64,000 nucleotides of DNA from Marsupella aquatica (lineage: Eukaryota; Plantae; Marchantiophyta), in assembly GCA_973895155.1 (NCBI GenBank), contig OZ316891.1, positions 23,145,884 to 23,209,883 of the forward strand, in the 5' to 3' direction. Positions 27,150 to 39,900 of the stretch are shown one piece after another. The translations under genes and the position numbers were made by a program. The notes below the pieces were generated by a model, which was not told the DNA's origin, searched no databases, and saw only the letters and a list, made by a program, of their open reading frames with translations. Each line of letters opens with the position of its first letter. Position 1 is the stretch's first letter.

Positions 27150-28424
27150 ATTGGCTGCGGATGTTCTGCAACCTGATTACCCAAACATAGGTAGGTCGTA
27201 GGCCCCCGACTGCTCATCAAGACAACTGCATACTTGAGGACGAGAAGTTTGCACATGAGGTTATTACAGGTGTATAGATCTCACCCTCATGATTTTCGAC
27301 CTTGAAATTTTGACACATGGACGAGGATAGATCCAGCCAGTGGCGAGGTGCATAGTTTTGCCGTGGCTGCAACATCGTTTCTATTCTTGCTAAACCACTG
27401 GTGTAAACATTCTGGACTCGGGTACGAGGCTCAGCATTTGTTGAAATAGATACCCCGTAAACAGTGGGTTAGTAAAAGAAGTGGATACAGAATGGGAATA
27501 TTGATGCTACAAGTTCATGTCCAATCTCTAGCCAACGAGAGCTCAGAGGTCCAAGCGTTTCAGTGATGTATTGCGCTGCCGAAAATCGCCAATTGTACTA
27601 GGGTCTTAATAAGTGTGGCTCTGTCTTATGATAAGCCAAGCAAGCAGAGGATTGTGGTGATAAGGGCGTTTACTTGAGCAGATCCATATAATTTGGATTA
27701 CTGGCTTTGTCAATGGCAAGTATAGTTGATGATGTGGTCAAAGTCTCTTGTGATTTCCCAGCCCTCGCGCCCATCATTCGAATCCCGTAAGTTGTCAATT
27801 TAGTTGTTGTCAATCCCGTAAGTTGTCAATCCCGTAAGTTGTCAACTTCGCGAGGATGAGCAATGTGAAGAATTCACGATGAGCGCATGCAGAGAACATA
27901 AGGAATAACAAGACCCATGGGCACAAATTTAGGCTTGCGAAATATCGGAGATGATAGACCTGTCTGCGATGGAAGAGATCACAGTCCTTACAGTCCTTAC
28001 TGCAGAAGCTTAGCTTTCCGAATGTTCTGTAGGATTTCCTCGAGAGCGAGAGCGCATGTACATTAATTTCCCCCCATAACGCCGGGCCAAATCCACCAGA
28101 CCGCATGGGCATTAAAACCAGCTTGTTTATAACAACCATGATCGAATACCAGCCATGCAAAAAAAACACCAGAGCAAATGGGCATCAAAACTAGCTTGTT
28201 TATGACAACCATGACCGAAATACCAATACAGACAGATCTTCGTGCAATAACTTACAGTTCATTTGACTGATCGGCAGAATGCTGGAGATGAATTCAGCTA
28301 TGTTCTCATCACAACAGTACATCACAACAGTACAGCAGAACGACAGTTGATCCAGATTGTTTGAGGCCATCCTGCTGAAAATTTGAAATGTCAATGCAAA
28401 GAGCATGTCAGGTTCATTTCACGA

Positions 28425-28580
28425 TGGCCATGAATTTCCAAGACCCAGAGAGAGATTCATGTAGATTTACGTACATCTTTGCATATACATAAATCACATC
28501 CTGGCCATGAATTTCCAAGACCCAGAGAGAGATTCATGTAGATTTACGTACATCTTTGCATATATATAAATCACATCCTG
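28425..28580. repeat. 77-bp tandem duplication
   Basis: tggccatgaatttccaagacccag...aatcacatcctg starts at 28425 and 28502, with one mismatch. Confidence 0.92.
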
Positions 28581-31500
28581 AGATGGTTCAGGTCTTATTG
28601 TTACTTATCGACTGTTTCATTGATTCTCTACCAACAGATACAGAGCATTGATCGATCATTCCCATACGCATATTGCAAGCAACGCATTCCATCCTCATAT
28701 GAAATCACATATAGATATGCAAAGATTTCTCACATGCCATGTACTCCTTGTAGATAACATTTATCTTCTAATACAAGCCTACAAACATATCGATAGACAA
28801 GCACCCTGTTGAATTTGGTTCAGGACCGGGTGTTGCTTGGTGACAGCATTACCCGAGTGTTGTGTTCACAGCACTGAGCATAGGCCGTATTCTTTTACCG
28901 GGAATGGACAGACTGTTTCCACTCACATATCCAGTGTCTTCATTCAGCCCCCGCCGAGATTATGCTATAGGAGACACAATTTCTAGTCCCATGTTTCTGG
29001 AGTGATGTCTAGATGGCTCTAGGGAGACATGGGCCAGAGATGAGTCATCCAGGCATACATTTTTTCTATTTCAGCAGTGTTCTAAATGTCATCCATTCAG
29101 TGAGAGACATCATTCATAGGTGAGTTATTAATCACAAAATGACATATGCTATGAACCTGATTTTGGTGCGTTCCCATAGAGTCACGATGTGCTGCCTGAT
29201 GGAGAGTCACTATTCCTCAATCCCTAGAGAGTCACTATTCCTCAATCCTTGGCTTGCTTTGCTCCAGTGTCCCACGATCTGCTTGGTCCCCCCAATCTGT
29301 CGTGTCAGTTGTTGTCTCTTCTTGGATTTAGAATGCTTTGCTCCAGTGTCCCTCGATTTGCTTGGTCCCTCCAGTCTGTCGTGTCAGTTGCTGTCTCATC
29401 TTGGATTTAGAATCGTTCCAGTGTTGGACGTGCTAGTGGTGGATTATGCTCATAAGGTGCTATGGCTGGATGGCTGCTGTTAGTAGCACTGATATCTTGG
29501 TGCTCACTTCAGGGTATCCCTCTATGATCTGTTTGGCATTGGACGTTCCAGATACCATTTGGGTAAATCAATGGCTCAGGTGGCCAGATATGTATAGTGG
29601 GAAGCTGCAATCACATTGCCCTTTCTTTTAAATACCTTAGTCAAGTTGTCCTTTCTTTTAATACGTTTTTGGAGTATGGGGCACAGTATACCTCTGTAGT
29701 GAAATATTGTGGCTCGTATTTGTCTTTTGTGTTACGAGAGGCCAGGCAGTATGAGTCGTATTTGTCTTTTGTGTTATGAGAGGCAATATGAGTCGTAAAT
29801 CCTGTCAGGAGAAGAGGTTACAGGTGTGTAACCATTTTTACAGGGGCCTGCTATAGTCATAATCTGGTGTCCTGAAAAGTTGAGTCGGTAACCTCTTTCC
29901 GGGCAAGAGTTAAGTACGCTAATGCAGGGCAGGGCTGGGGTTATAGGCTATAACCTGCTCCCAGAATATTCAAAGAAGCTTCCCGGCTGCCGCCGGTCAG
30001 TTTCTTTTCATATTCCGGACGCAGGGTTACAGCCTAGCAACCCTGCACCCAGACCTGCATTACCCTATACGTATTTGTCTTTTGTGTTCACTCGTACCCT
30101 CGATCTTTTGAGAGAGAGAGAGAGAGAGCAAAATATGGATTCCCCCGAGAAAAAGAGACGATAGTGATCTCGCTATAACGAAGGAGAGTAAAAGGCACTA
30201 CAAGTCACGTGCATGTCTCTTATACGAAGCAGTGAGTTCGAAAGAAGAGGGACGAAACGAATTTCGTGCGAGGTGGCGTGCTGGGTGCTTTGTGAATGTA
30301 AGACGGGCCGAATGACCTTCTAATAATGCCGCGTCGTGGTTCCAAAGCAGCATGCATCAGACAGCAAACCACAAAAAGTGATCTAGAGAATTGGAAGAGC
30401 TAGTGATCGAGAAACGGCTAACATGTGCTTCCTCGCCGAGATTTATAACAGACAAGTCTGCGTGGAACCCAGTTTGATCTTGGTTACCAAAGCAAGAATC
30501 GGATGGCTTGTGAAGAAGGCGTACCTCCCACCGTCGATGTACGTTCAAATGCCAGAATGCGCACTGGTTAGTCCTTCTGTATTTGCCGTAACAGAGTCAT
30601 CGGGGATTGTTCGCCAGGTAGCTCCAAAATTTAACCAGTGCTCTGTTCTTGCGGAGCTTGTTGTGTTGGAAGCGCCTCGATTGCTACATTGTTATCATTC
30701 GCTCGGTTTCTTCTCAACACAATTAGAGTCAATACTGTGTTGTTGTCGTTCTTACAAAATTCGATTTTGTTTCTCAGCCTTCATTTATTCTCGCTTCAAC
30801 TCTCGACTTATTTTTGTTCTCGACTTTATTCTCAAGCTTTCCATTATTGCTTTTTGTCTGGATCTTGATTTCATCTCAATTTCTTCTCCTCTTAACAGCA
30901 AGTCTTGATGGTACATTCTCGATTTCATCTTGATGCAATGCAGTCGATACATTGAAAGTAGATGATTTTTCATTCAGTAGATCCATTGTCAATCGATTTG
31001 ATTGAAGTAGGTCCATACAAGGCAATCGATAATCAAGTAGGTAGCTGTGTTAGGATTTGAAACCGTCTATATTTTCGTTCTGCTCCGGTAATTAAGCAAT
31101 GACACCAATTCCTTTGGATCCTGCACGCCACCGCTATCTGTAAACCAAGTTCAGGGTTTAGGGTTGTCCAATTTCTTCAAGCTTCAGGCATGTCTCGAGA
31201 AAATAAGCAACAATGATGAAATTCAACACCCCCAAAATTCAGAAATTTCAATGAGAACTTTCAATGTTGCACGTGGCCTTTGATCTCTATGGAGAATTGT
31301 GAAGCTGAAAGATGAACACAAGCACATTTCTCCTCCTTGGAACATACTTATATTGATCTCCACACAACGTCCCAGACCTTTATGGAATCCCCGAGCAGGT
31401 CAATGTGATTGATTCCTTGTGCTTGCACATGCTTGATCGATTGCTTGTTTTACTCATTCACGCACACAATGAATTTTGCAGTACTGCTTCAACATTCTGC

Positions 31501-31859
31501 GCAGGGCAGGCATTTCGCGCTAAGAAACTGCTTCTCCGATGTTTCATGCAGGCCCAGCTTCAGCGCAAGGAAGAAACAGGGTCTGTGCCTACAAAACGCA
31601 TTATCACTCCAGTAATATTTTTGCAAATGCGCAATTAAAATTAAATATGCGCGCTTGAACTGCTCCTTTCCCTACCCTTCCCTTCTCTTCAGGCAATCTA
31701 GTTTCCCGACAATGCAGCATTTGCCTGCGTACAGATAGGGAGTGTTTCCTGTCACGGCTAGACCGTCATATATTCAGGCTAGACCTTCATATATTCAGCC
31801 CGTGTCGGGACCGGTACCTGAAACAGAAGCAATGAAACAGAAGCAATGAAACAGAAGCA

Positions 31860-34800
31860 ATGACTGATAATCGGAAATCCGAGCACGCACAAAACGAATG
31901 CAGAGGAGGGATGAAAATGACAGAAAGAGTCCGATTCCACTCTTTTTTCGAGGAGGAAGAGGAAGAGAACAGATTTTCATGCAGTCGCAAATGGGCCTCA
32001 CAACGACGAGCCGTCCCTGGTGACAATGATGACGACAATGCCGCTGATGATGATTGGAAGGTCGGAGCGTGGAGGAGTGCAACTGGAGTCTGTAAGATTG
32101 CAAGAGAAAGAAGAGGAGAAGCAGCAGCAGCAAGGCGGAAGAGGGGGCTCTCGAGAGACCAAAGCTCTTTTGAAAGCCTGGATTTGAGGGCTGTGGAAGT
32201 CTTGGATAGAAGGTGAGCGAGATTACTCCCCCACCCTTCCTTCTTTGCCACAAGCATCGTGTGTGACTGAATTCCGGGGCTCGAGCACATGGCGTTTACA
32301 TTAACATTTTATCACAACATTTCTTTAGTTGGAAGCGTTCTTACGGAAGAATTGACATCGATGGACGTTATAGTATTAGAATGTAGGTCGATTCAGAAGT
32401 GTGCATGCAGTAGATGTAGGATGTCACTGAACAAGTTCCTGATGGAGGTGTTCAGTCGGTCTCTGAACTTTGTCCTCGCTTGTTTATATGGGTTCAAATT
32501 TGGTTCTGATGAGCTTTTCTTCTCCAAAGCTTGTGTTGGTTAGATGGGAATTATTGTACTCTGCAGAACTTTTCTCCATACGCTTTCTTGTACGAGTTTC
32601 GTGTACATAGATTGGACAAAATGCTTGTTGTGAGACTATTCCGTGCTAGGTGGAGTGATCAGGTCTAGATTCACAGCAAATGACTTTTTCTGAAGAAAGT
32701 TTTTGTCACAGTTGTCCAATTTTGTTTCTGGTTGTTACGGTTTTATTTGGTTGATTGGGTGTTTCTATGGATTCCCTGTGGTTCGGCAACAACGTCTTCA
32801 GTATGCAGGCTCTGGAAAGCTCGACTAGTTTGAAATCTTGTGTATCTGGGATGACCACGGATTACCCACATTGGGCACGAGTAAGAGGTGGCTGGGAGGT
32901 TAAGAAGGGCGAGCCGGAGGTGGTTGACAGGACACGCGAGTCGGATACATCACAAAGTCTTCACTCCTGCCGCAGAGGAGAATTAACAAGAGCAGCAACA
33001 ACAAAAGGCTGTAATCGTCTTGAAAATGACATAGCACGGGTTTTGAAGGACCTGATTAACAGCAATATGGATTACGGTGTAAAAGTGTCCACCACTGTGG
33101 CGAAGACCCCGGAGGACACAATGGATAAAATGTCGGTAGAGCACCTGAACGTCCTGAATGTCAAAGAAAATACATGTGAGGAAGACCAGTCGAGCGATTA
33201 TGCCAGAGGGAAGTTGTGGAATGGTCCCCCGAGAGAGAGAGCTGTGTACGGTGGTCAAGAACTCTCCAGTCCTGTGTCCCAAGATATGTTCATGAGGGAA
33301 GCAGACGGGGACTGTAGAAGAGCTTCCGCTGAGAAGACAATGGATGCCACAAGTGGCACTGCTGGCACGCTGGACAGGCCTAATCAGACCGAGTTGACCA
33401 GATCATCAGGCTGCAAGATGCTCCCACCGAAGGGGAAGAGATCAGGGGAATTGAGACTTCCGACAAGGTCTAAAGGAGAACAACTTCAGATTTACATGTG
33501 GGTAAAGTCATTCACGGAACCATTTTCTTCTCTTCATCATTTTAACGCTTTCTTCTGCTCTGGACTTTCGAGGTCCTCCGTCGAAGTACTCAACGAAAGA
33601 TTGGGTCAGTCATGCGCTGTTACATGTGTATGTCTTATGGCCCTTTCACCTCACCCAAACAGTGGCCATCATTAAATACATTGAACATTTCTGGCAATTG
33701 AGTGAGAAGAAGTCCTAAAAGAAGTTGCACATTTCGCTGATTATCATTCCTCTCGAAATAATGGAGTTTACACTTGTGCCTCAAACAACGACACGATGCT
33801 TTGGTTACAATCTTCTGAAGACAATCAAACTGTCAAATTCACATTCCCTACTTACGATGGGGCTCGTCCACCTTACAGGAAGATCAACTCAGCTGCCTCT
33901 CAAAGGAGAAGAAAGAGGCTCTTGAAGAACAATGATCCTGAGCAGAGGAAGCGGATTTTTCCTTCAAAGCCTCCTAAGTGGAAAGGTCTATCTACAGCCT
34001 TATCAGTAATGAGAAGCATGTGTCATGGGGCAGGTGAGGCAGGTGTAGTGGATGCCCAAGCCAGGCCATTGCTGATTATTGCTGGAAAATGTGTCTTCCG
34101 AACCACTCCTCCTCTAGACACCCCCAGACTATGCACTATCTCGCATCAAAGGAAATGCCTTGTACAAAAAACTAGCAGAGCAGATGAAGAAAGTCTCCCT
34201 CCCCCAAGGTCTGCGGATAACTCAAGTGAAGAAACCAGGAGAGCAAGTTCTCACAATCAACCTCCAAGAAAACCCCTGCTACCACTTCCGACGAGCTTTG
34301 ACGGCCATCTTCTGACAGTCCCTAGTCACAGCACTTGTCGATCTACATCGCCATCAATCAAGCCCTGGCCTGCTGTCATGACTGAGTTGGACAACTGGAT
34401 TTCACAAGTAAAACGTCTTCCATGATCTTTCAACGTGATGACGTGCAAATTCTGGTCCTTGCTGTTGGATTGTTCTTGTACCTTCCATTTCTCATTTTTG
34501 TTGAACACATCTCCTAATGAGTTCTTGGAAATACTTATAAAGTGCACTTATTGAGGCAAACTAAGAAATTTTGTAATCGGTACTACTCAACTTTTCATGC
34601 AGATTGTTACTGAGTGGCTGGATAAGGATGACCGTCTGGTAACTACTGCAAATAGCTCTCTCCGCCATAGTTCCGTGGCTATTGGCAGTCCCATTCTCTC
34701 AAGTTCGATTGGTGGTCCCTTTGACAAGAAATTGGGAGTATCTGTTGTGCCGCCAGTTTCAAACATCAGTGAGTTCCCCAGTCGACAGTCAAAATCCTTG

Positions 34801-36400
34801 CCCGGGGCGCTTGAGGAGGCGGGAAAGCCCAGGAGTGCTCCAAGTAAGAGACCAACTGAGCTGGATGCAAGGATCGGCCAAGCGCAGACTGTTCATGACC
34901 TCTCCCAGCTACTTGAGCCCATTTCTCAGGCTTCAATGCCCTCCGTTGTTGGCAGTAAGGTGATGGGGGGCATCCAGATAAGCCCGATGTCCATCATTCA
35001 GGAATTTGGACAGGATGATGCAGTGCAAGAATTCCAAAGGCAGATTCAGACTTTGGAGCGAGAGAATGAGTAAGCAATCTTTCCACTGAGTTGAGATTGT
35101 CTTTTACATGAAACATGCAGCTTAGAGGATGTACTCCATCCTTGATAAGCATAATCTTGTCCATCAGTTAAGGATTACAACTTTTTCAATGGTGAGAGGA
35201 TGCGAAACGAAAATCATGAGAGGTCAACAGGGTCTACCGGGTACCATCATTAGGAAAAGAAATCCAAAAAGAGGTCAGCCCGATTTGCTTTTGTTCTTCT
35301 GATGTACCTTCTGACGCTGTACCTACTCCTTGGGCTAGTCTCTGGCCCTTTTCTTGGATATTGAACAAGGTCTACCCCATGGGTCTTTAGCGGTTTGAAT
35401 GTCCCTTCGAATAGCCACCTCAGGTCTTGATACCTTTGATAATAGTTGTTTTTCTGAATCTTAAAAACATTCGAAGCCTTTCTTCGGCCACTGAGCATTG
35501 CGTGCTTTTGGATGCAGGCATATGAAGACTTCTTTGTGCAAGGAAGAACACTCGGACCTGTTTCGAAGACTGAAGGCATTAGACATATAGGAAACAAAAT
35601 TCACCTTTGTTACAAATGCTGCATAAATTTTTGTCGAAATTTGGATGCCGCGATTTATGAGAGCAGGTAATCTTTTTCCCAAGCTCATTGCTATGGGATA
35701 GCACTGGAATAGCAGAGTGGGGTACTCCCCTTGCAGACATCCCGACCCTTGAGGCTCTTGCCCTTGTTGACATAATTTTTATTAGTGCTTCACGTTGCCT
35801 ACTTATTACAAAGATAGCATTGACCCCGGATAACAAAGAAGTTCTCTACGCCATGCAAGATCTAAGAATCGCTCTTCTCACTTGCTTTGGAAACTGCCTT
35901 CCTCAAGATTCCATGGCAATCGAAAGAGAGCCCCTCTGCTGTCTCGATCACAAACTCTCGGAACTTCTAGAAATCTTGGAGGCAGTGACACTGGAAGTCC
36001 TCCTCTCCCTCAACTCCACTCATGAAAGAACCAAATGTGAATAACCTTGTCAAAGTTGATATCACTCGTCAGGCGATGCACTTTGAAACTGCCCAGTCAT
36101 GGGATGGCGAGTTGTGGAAGACCACTGGACAACAAAATCCAGAATTGGATTGTTTTACTTTCGGCAAGTCTTAAAACAGAGGGCCTGACTTTCCCCCATC
36201 TCCATCTTTCCCACATGACAACAAACCTACTGGGAATGAAGGAAGTTTACCGTAAACAGGCAGTACAGCACTGCAAAAGAGAAACAAACCCTAGTCACGA
36301 CCACATACATAATGATGGAGTTGTGAGAAAAAGATTTTCTCGTGGTCGTCATTCTCTCACCTGTCCAGCTTCATCTTACATGTTGATTTGATCCATGGTC
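31860..36400 (+). pseudogene. Decayed multi-exon plant gene; long low-complexity N-terminus, short coiled coil and a possible IRKI/GIL1-like C-terminal region
   Basis: Plus-strand ORF pieces at 31860-32212, 32755-33500, 33800-34425, 34602-35068 and 35518-36390, with splice-like ends. In-frame TAG/TAA codons and frame changes appear after 35518. KEVLYAMQDLRIALLTCFGNC resembles the IRKI-family KAVLYHLEAIINQSLYQDFENC segment (recognised by eye only). Confidence 0.35.
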
Positions 36401-36961
36401 TTTAAGTCAAGTTACCAGCCAACACTGATGAATTCACCATTCGTTCCAGTAGTTTTGTGTTTCAGACATACAGCAAGGCAACGACCTTTTAAACGACAAC
36501 GTGTCCAACTTCAGCTTTTGACTCATTTCCATCCTCTTGTTACATCAACAACTTGGATGCTGATTTTCTCCTGGAAAAATGCATAGCTCTGTCGACCGCG
36601 AGTTCAGGGATTAAGCTAACAATCATATGGCTCCCATGTACGTCACCGTGATGGCTTTTCGAGAAGCGGCTGAGCTTCACAACGTTAATTTCCCTAGGCG
36701 ACATTCATTTGAAGTTTATGGGACAGATTAGGGTTCAGGCCTCAACATAGAAACTGGCCATTGAAGACGACACAAAAGCCAATTACGACCAGTGCCATCG
36801 ATCCGCGATATATAGAAACTTGTAAACTGAAATATGATTGGATGAGAATATTGCACAATCCAAAGAAGTGCTCCTTGAACCCACTCTAACTTCTACACAC
36901 ATAGAATGTAGAACAACGTCTACTGTTAGATTAACAGTTATATAGAGTTGCATATATGTAC

Positions 36962-39900
36962 CTATGCAACTCCCTCCACTGAGACATCTCTGGGCGATTT
37001 CCCAACACATAATTGTGGATCTGTAGGCGAAGTATGTTGTCATGTAGTGAACGCTTTTTTGATGCACCCATCAAACGCAACCCACCATTGTCATCATCTT
37101 GTGCCTCTTCCCAAGCTGTGGGAGCTTCTGTGTCCAAACTCCCTATCATCCCTCCGGAATAAAAGAGGCACTCCGACATGATATACCCCGTTGCCATACT
37201 TCCCTCTGGTCGAGCTGGTTGACGCACCATGGACTTGAGCACTTTCATGAAGCGCTCTACCCAATACATCCAACGTGCATGGACAGGACCAGCAATCGCG
37301 ACCTCATCCACCAAGTGACATAGTAAATGCAATTGCATGTCAAATATGCATGGGGGAAACACCTTCTCCATATTGCACATCACGCGAGCTGACCTCTCTC
37401 TCATCAAAGGAATCTCAGACTCCTTTATCTCCTTAGCGCATACCCACCTATGTTCCTCCTCAAAACCATCAAAGATTTTGTATATCAGATCCACATAGGG
37501 CCATAGAAAAATGAGTTTGAAATACTTGTTGAATTACATGGCTCCTTCAGCGGTAACAAGAACTTGCAAGAGAGCAATGGAAGAGAGGGTACGTTATCAT
37601 ACCTAAAAATGGAGCACATCTCATATATAGTCAGACGGAGTAAACGACGCTCCCGGGAATCATCACAACAACGCAAGACTGCTGGTAGCACATGCTGTAT
37701 CAACTTGTGATAATCATGAGACTTCAACCCTATTGGGGGTATGTGATCATTCCTTGTAGTGCACCCACAAAAACCAGCTCCGTAATGGCTAGGGAACTTC
37801 ATCTCGCTTATCATCCCATTCATGTCCTTCAAAACCTCTCTTGGCAAAATCCAAGGACCAGGAGGTTTCTCCCCAGTACGTGTTATCCAACAACTCTTCA
37901 CTACTCCAACCCTCTCAGCATCCTCTCGGACTCCACGAGTGTCATTCGTCCCATAAATGTGCTTCACCAAGTTCTTAGCAACATTCACTTCAATGTGCAT
38001 GGGGTCCAACAACCATCGAACCTGGAGTCTCTGGAAATTGAAATAACATATTGAATCAATTGCAATCTCTAAATTAAGAATTTTATTGGTCTAATTTGCT
38101 GTAAAGGAACCATGCACTTCTATCACTTACCCTCCAATAAGGCAAGTCCCACATAGCTGAGCGTCGGTTTACTCCACAATCCTTGGGTTTTAGTAACTTT
38201 GCTTCCACCTTCTCTGCCATTTGAATTTGTCCTTCAGCTGAAGGGCCATTAGGACATGGCCGCACTTCAGTCTCTGCCCAATGTGTTGTGTTTTGTCGCA
38301 AGTGGTCATCCATTGCCAACCGGACCCTACTGCCCTCATATGTGGTTTTGTGCAGTAGTCTTGAGTACCTCCCACGCAACTCTGGGCCACATGAAGGGCA
38401 AGCTGAAAAACCTGCCACCTTCAGGCCAGATATTGTCCCCATACCTGCCATTTCATTGAACCATGTTCAGACCACAAATAACCCCAACACTTGCATTGTA
38501 CATGACATTGTGCAAACAATAGTCATTGGGTTGCCCAATGAATTACCTGGACCATCTGTGGTGCAATGAGTGATCATCACCCTCATATTGAAGGTCCTAC
38601 CATTGCCTGCTTCACGAGTGACATCTGTTGTCACTGCTCCAACCTCCCATAGATTATGTAGCTCTTCATAAGCTGGAGCCAAACAGATATCAGGATTCTT
38701 ACAGGCCTTGGGTCCAGGAATTATAGCTAATAGAAGCACATGACCCTTCTTCATTGCCAACCATGGAGGGATGTTTTTATTTATCAAAAGAACAGGCCAG
38801 ATGGACTTAGGCTTCCGTCGTTGTTTATATGGGTTCACTCCATCGATTGCCAACCCCAAACGAACATTTCTTGGCTCCTGGGCAAAATTTGGCCAAGTGG
38901 CATCAATGTGCTTCCACGCTGGACTATCTTGGTGGTATTGCATTATCCCTGGTGGGGATTTGTTCTCCACATGCCAAGTCTGTAGTGTGGATAAGTGCTT
39001 TCGTCGGTAGAGATGCTGAAGTCGGGGAGTGATTGGGAAATAACGAAAAACCTGCCAGATCCAATGTAACATCGTCAATTTGACGACAATCACAATAAAC
39101 GTCCTTCCACACTACGTATTATTAAAACTAACATCGTAAAGGACGACGTTTCATACCCTAATGTACCATGCGACGTTAGTTACTGCATCCCATACGACGT
39201 AAAAACAAAAAAATGTCAGGTGGAAAGACATAAAGTGAGATGGACGACGTAAAGTAATCAATTACATAGTCATGTACGACGTTGTTTGAAAGAATGCAAC
39301 GTTAAAAGTTGGACTTTCTTGTTCTCACATTGCGTTGAGGAAAACATTACCTTTTCTGCAATCTTGTCTCCAATGGTGTCTGGTCGATACCATGGAAGCC
39401 TACAGTGCTCCTCTAGGCAGTGAGTGTGATCCTTGTACACCCCTCTATACAAGATGCACCCACCTGGGCACATGTGGATAGTCTCTAAAGCCAATCCAAT
39501 TGAGGCTAACAACTTCTTAGCCTCCCTCACACATCCAGGGAGAGTGTTTGGTTGGGGCAAGAGTTTGCCGTGGAACAATTGGAAGAGTGCATCTGTATGG
39601 ACATCCGAACCATTGAAAACTCCTTGCAAATTCAACATCAACAAAGTTGCACCCAACCTGGATTTGCAAAACCACAAACACCAGACTTTTTGCAGTTAGT
39701 CCAAGTAGCTAGATGGCATGCCTGGCACTACAATTTAGACTGCCCAATATTCACTGGATGAAATTCCAGAGTTGTGATAATTTTAGGACAACCTTACCGT
39801 GAGGATGGAGATCCCTCAAATAGTGGTGTTCTGGCTTCAGTCTCCAAGTGATCCCAATCTTCTTGATCCACTTCCATGATAGGGTGCTCGGCGTCAGGTG

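Noticed and set aside
36741-36775. caacatagaaactggcc as the left TIR of CACTA B
   Set aside because: Only a loose resemblance to CACTAGAAGAAAACAGG, with no cca TSD and no TCGCAAA subterminal repeats.
39107-39120. cca-CACTA as the left end matching the cca flank at 50409
   Set aside because: The following bases (cgtatt) do not match the TIR, and the site lies within an intron of an otherwise continuous transposase.
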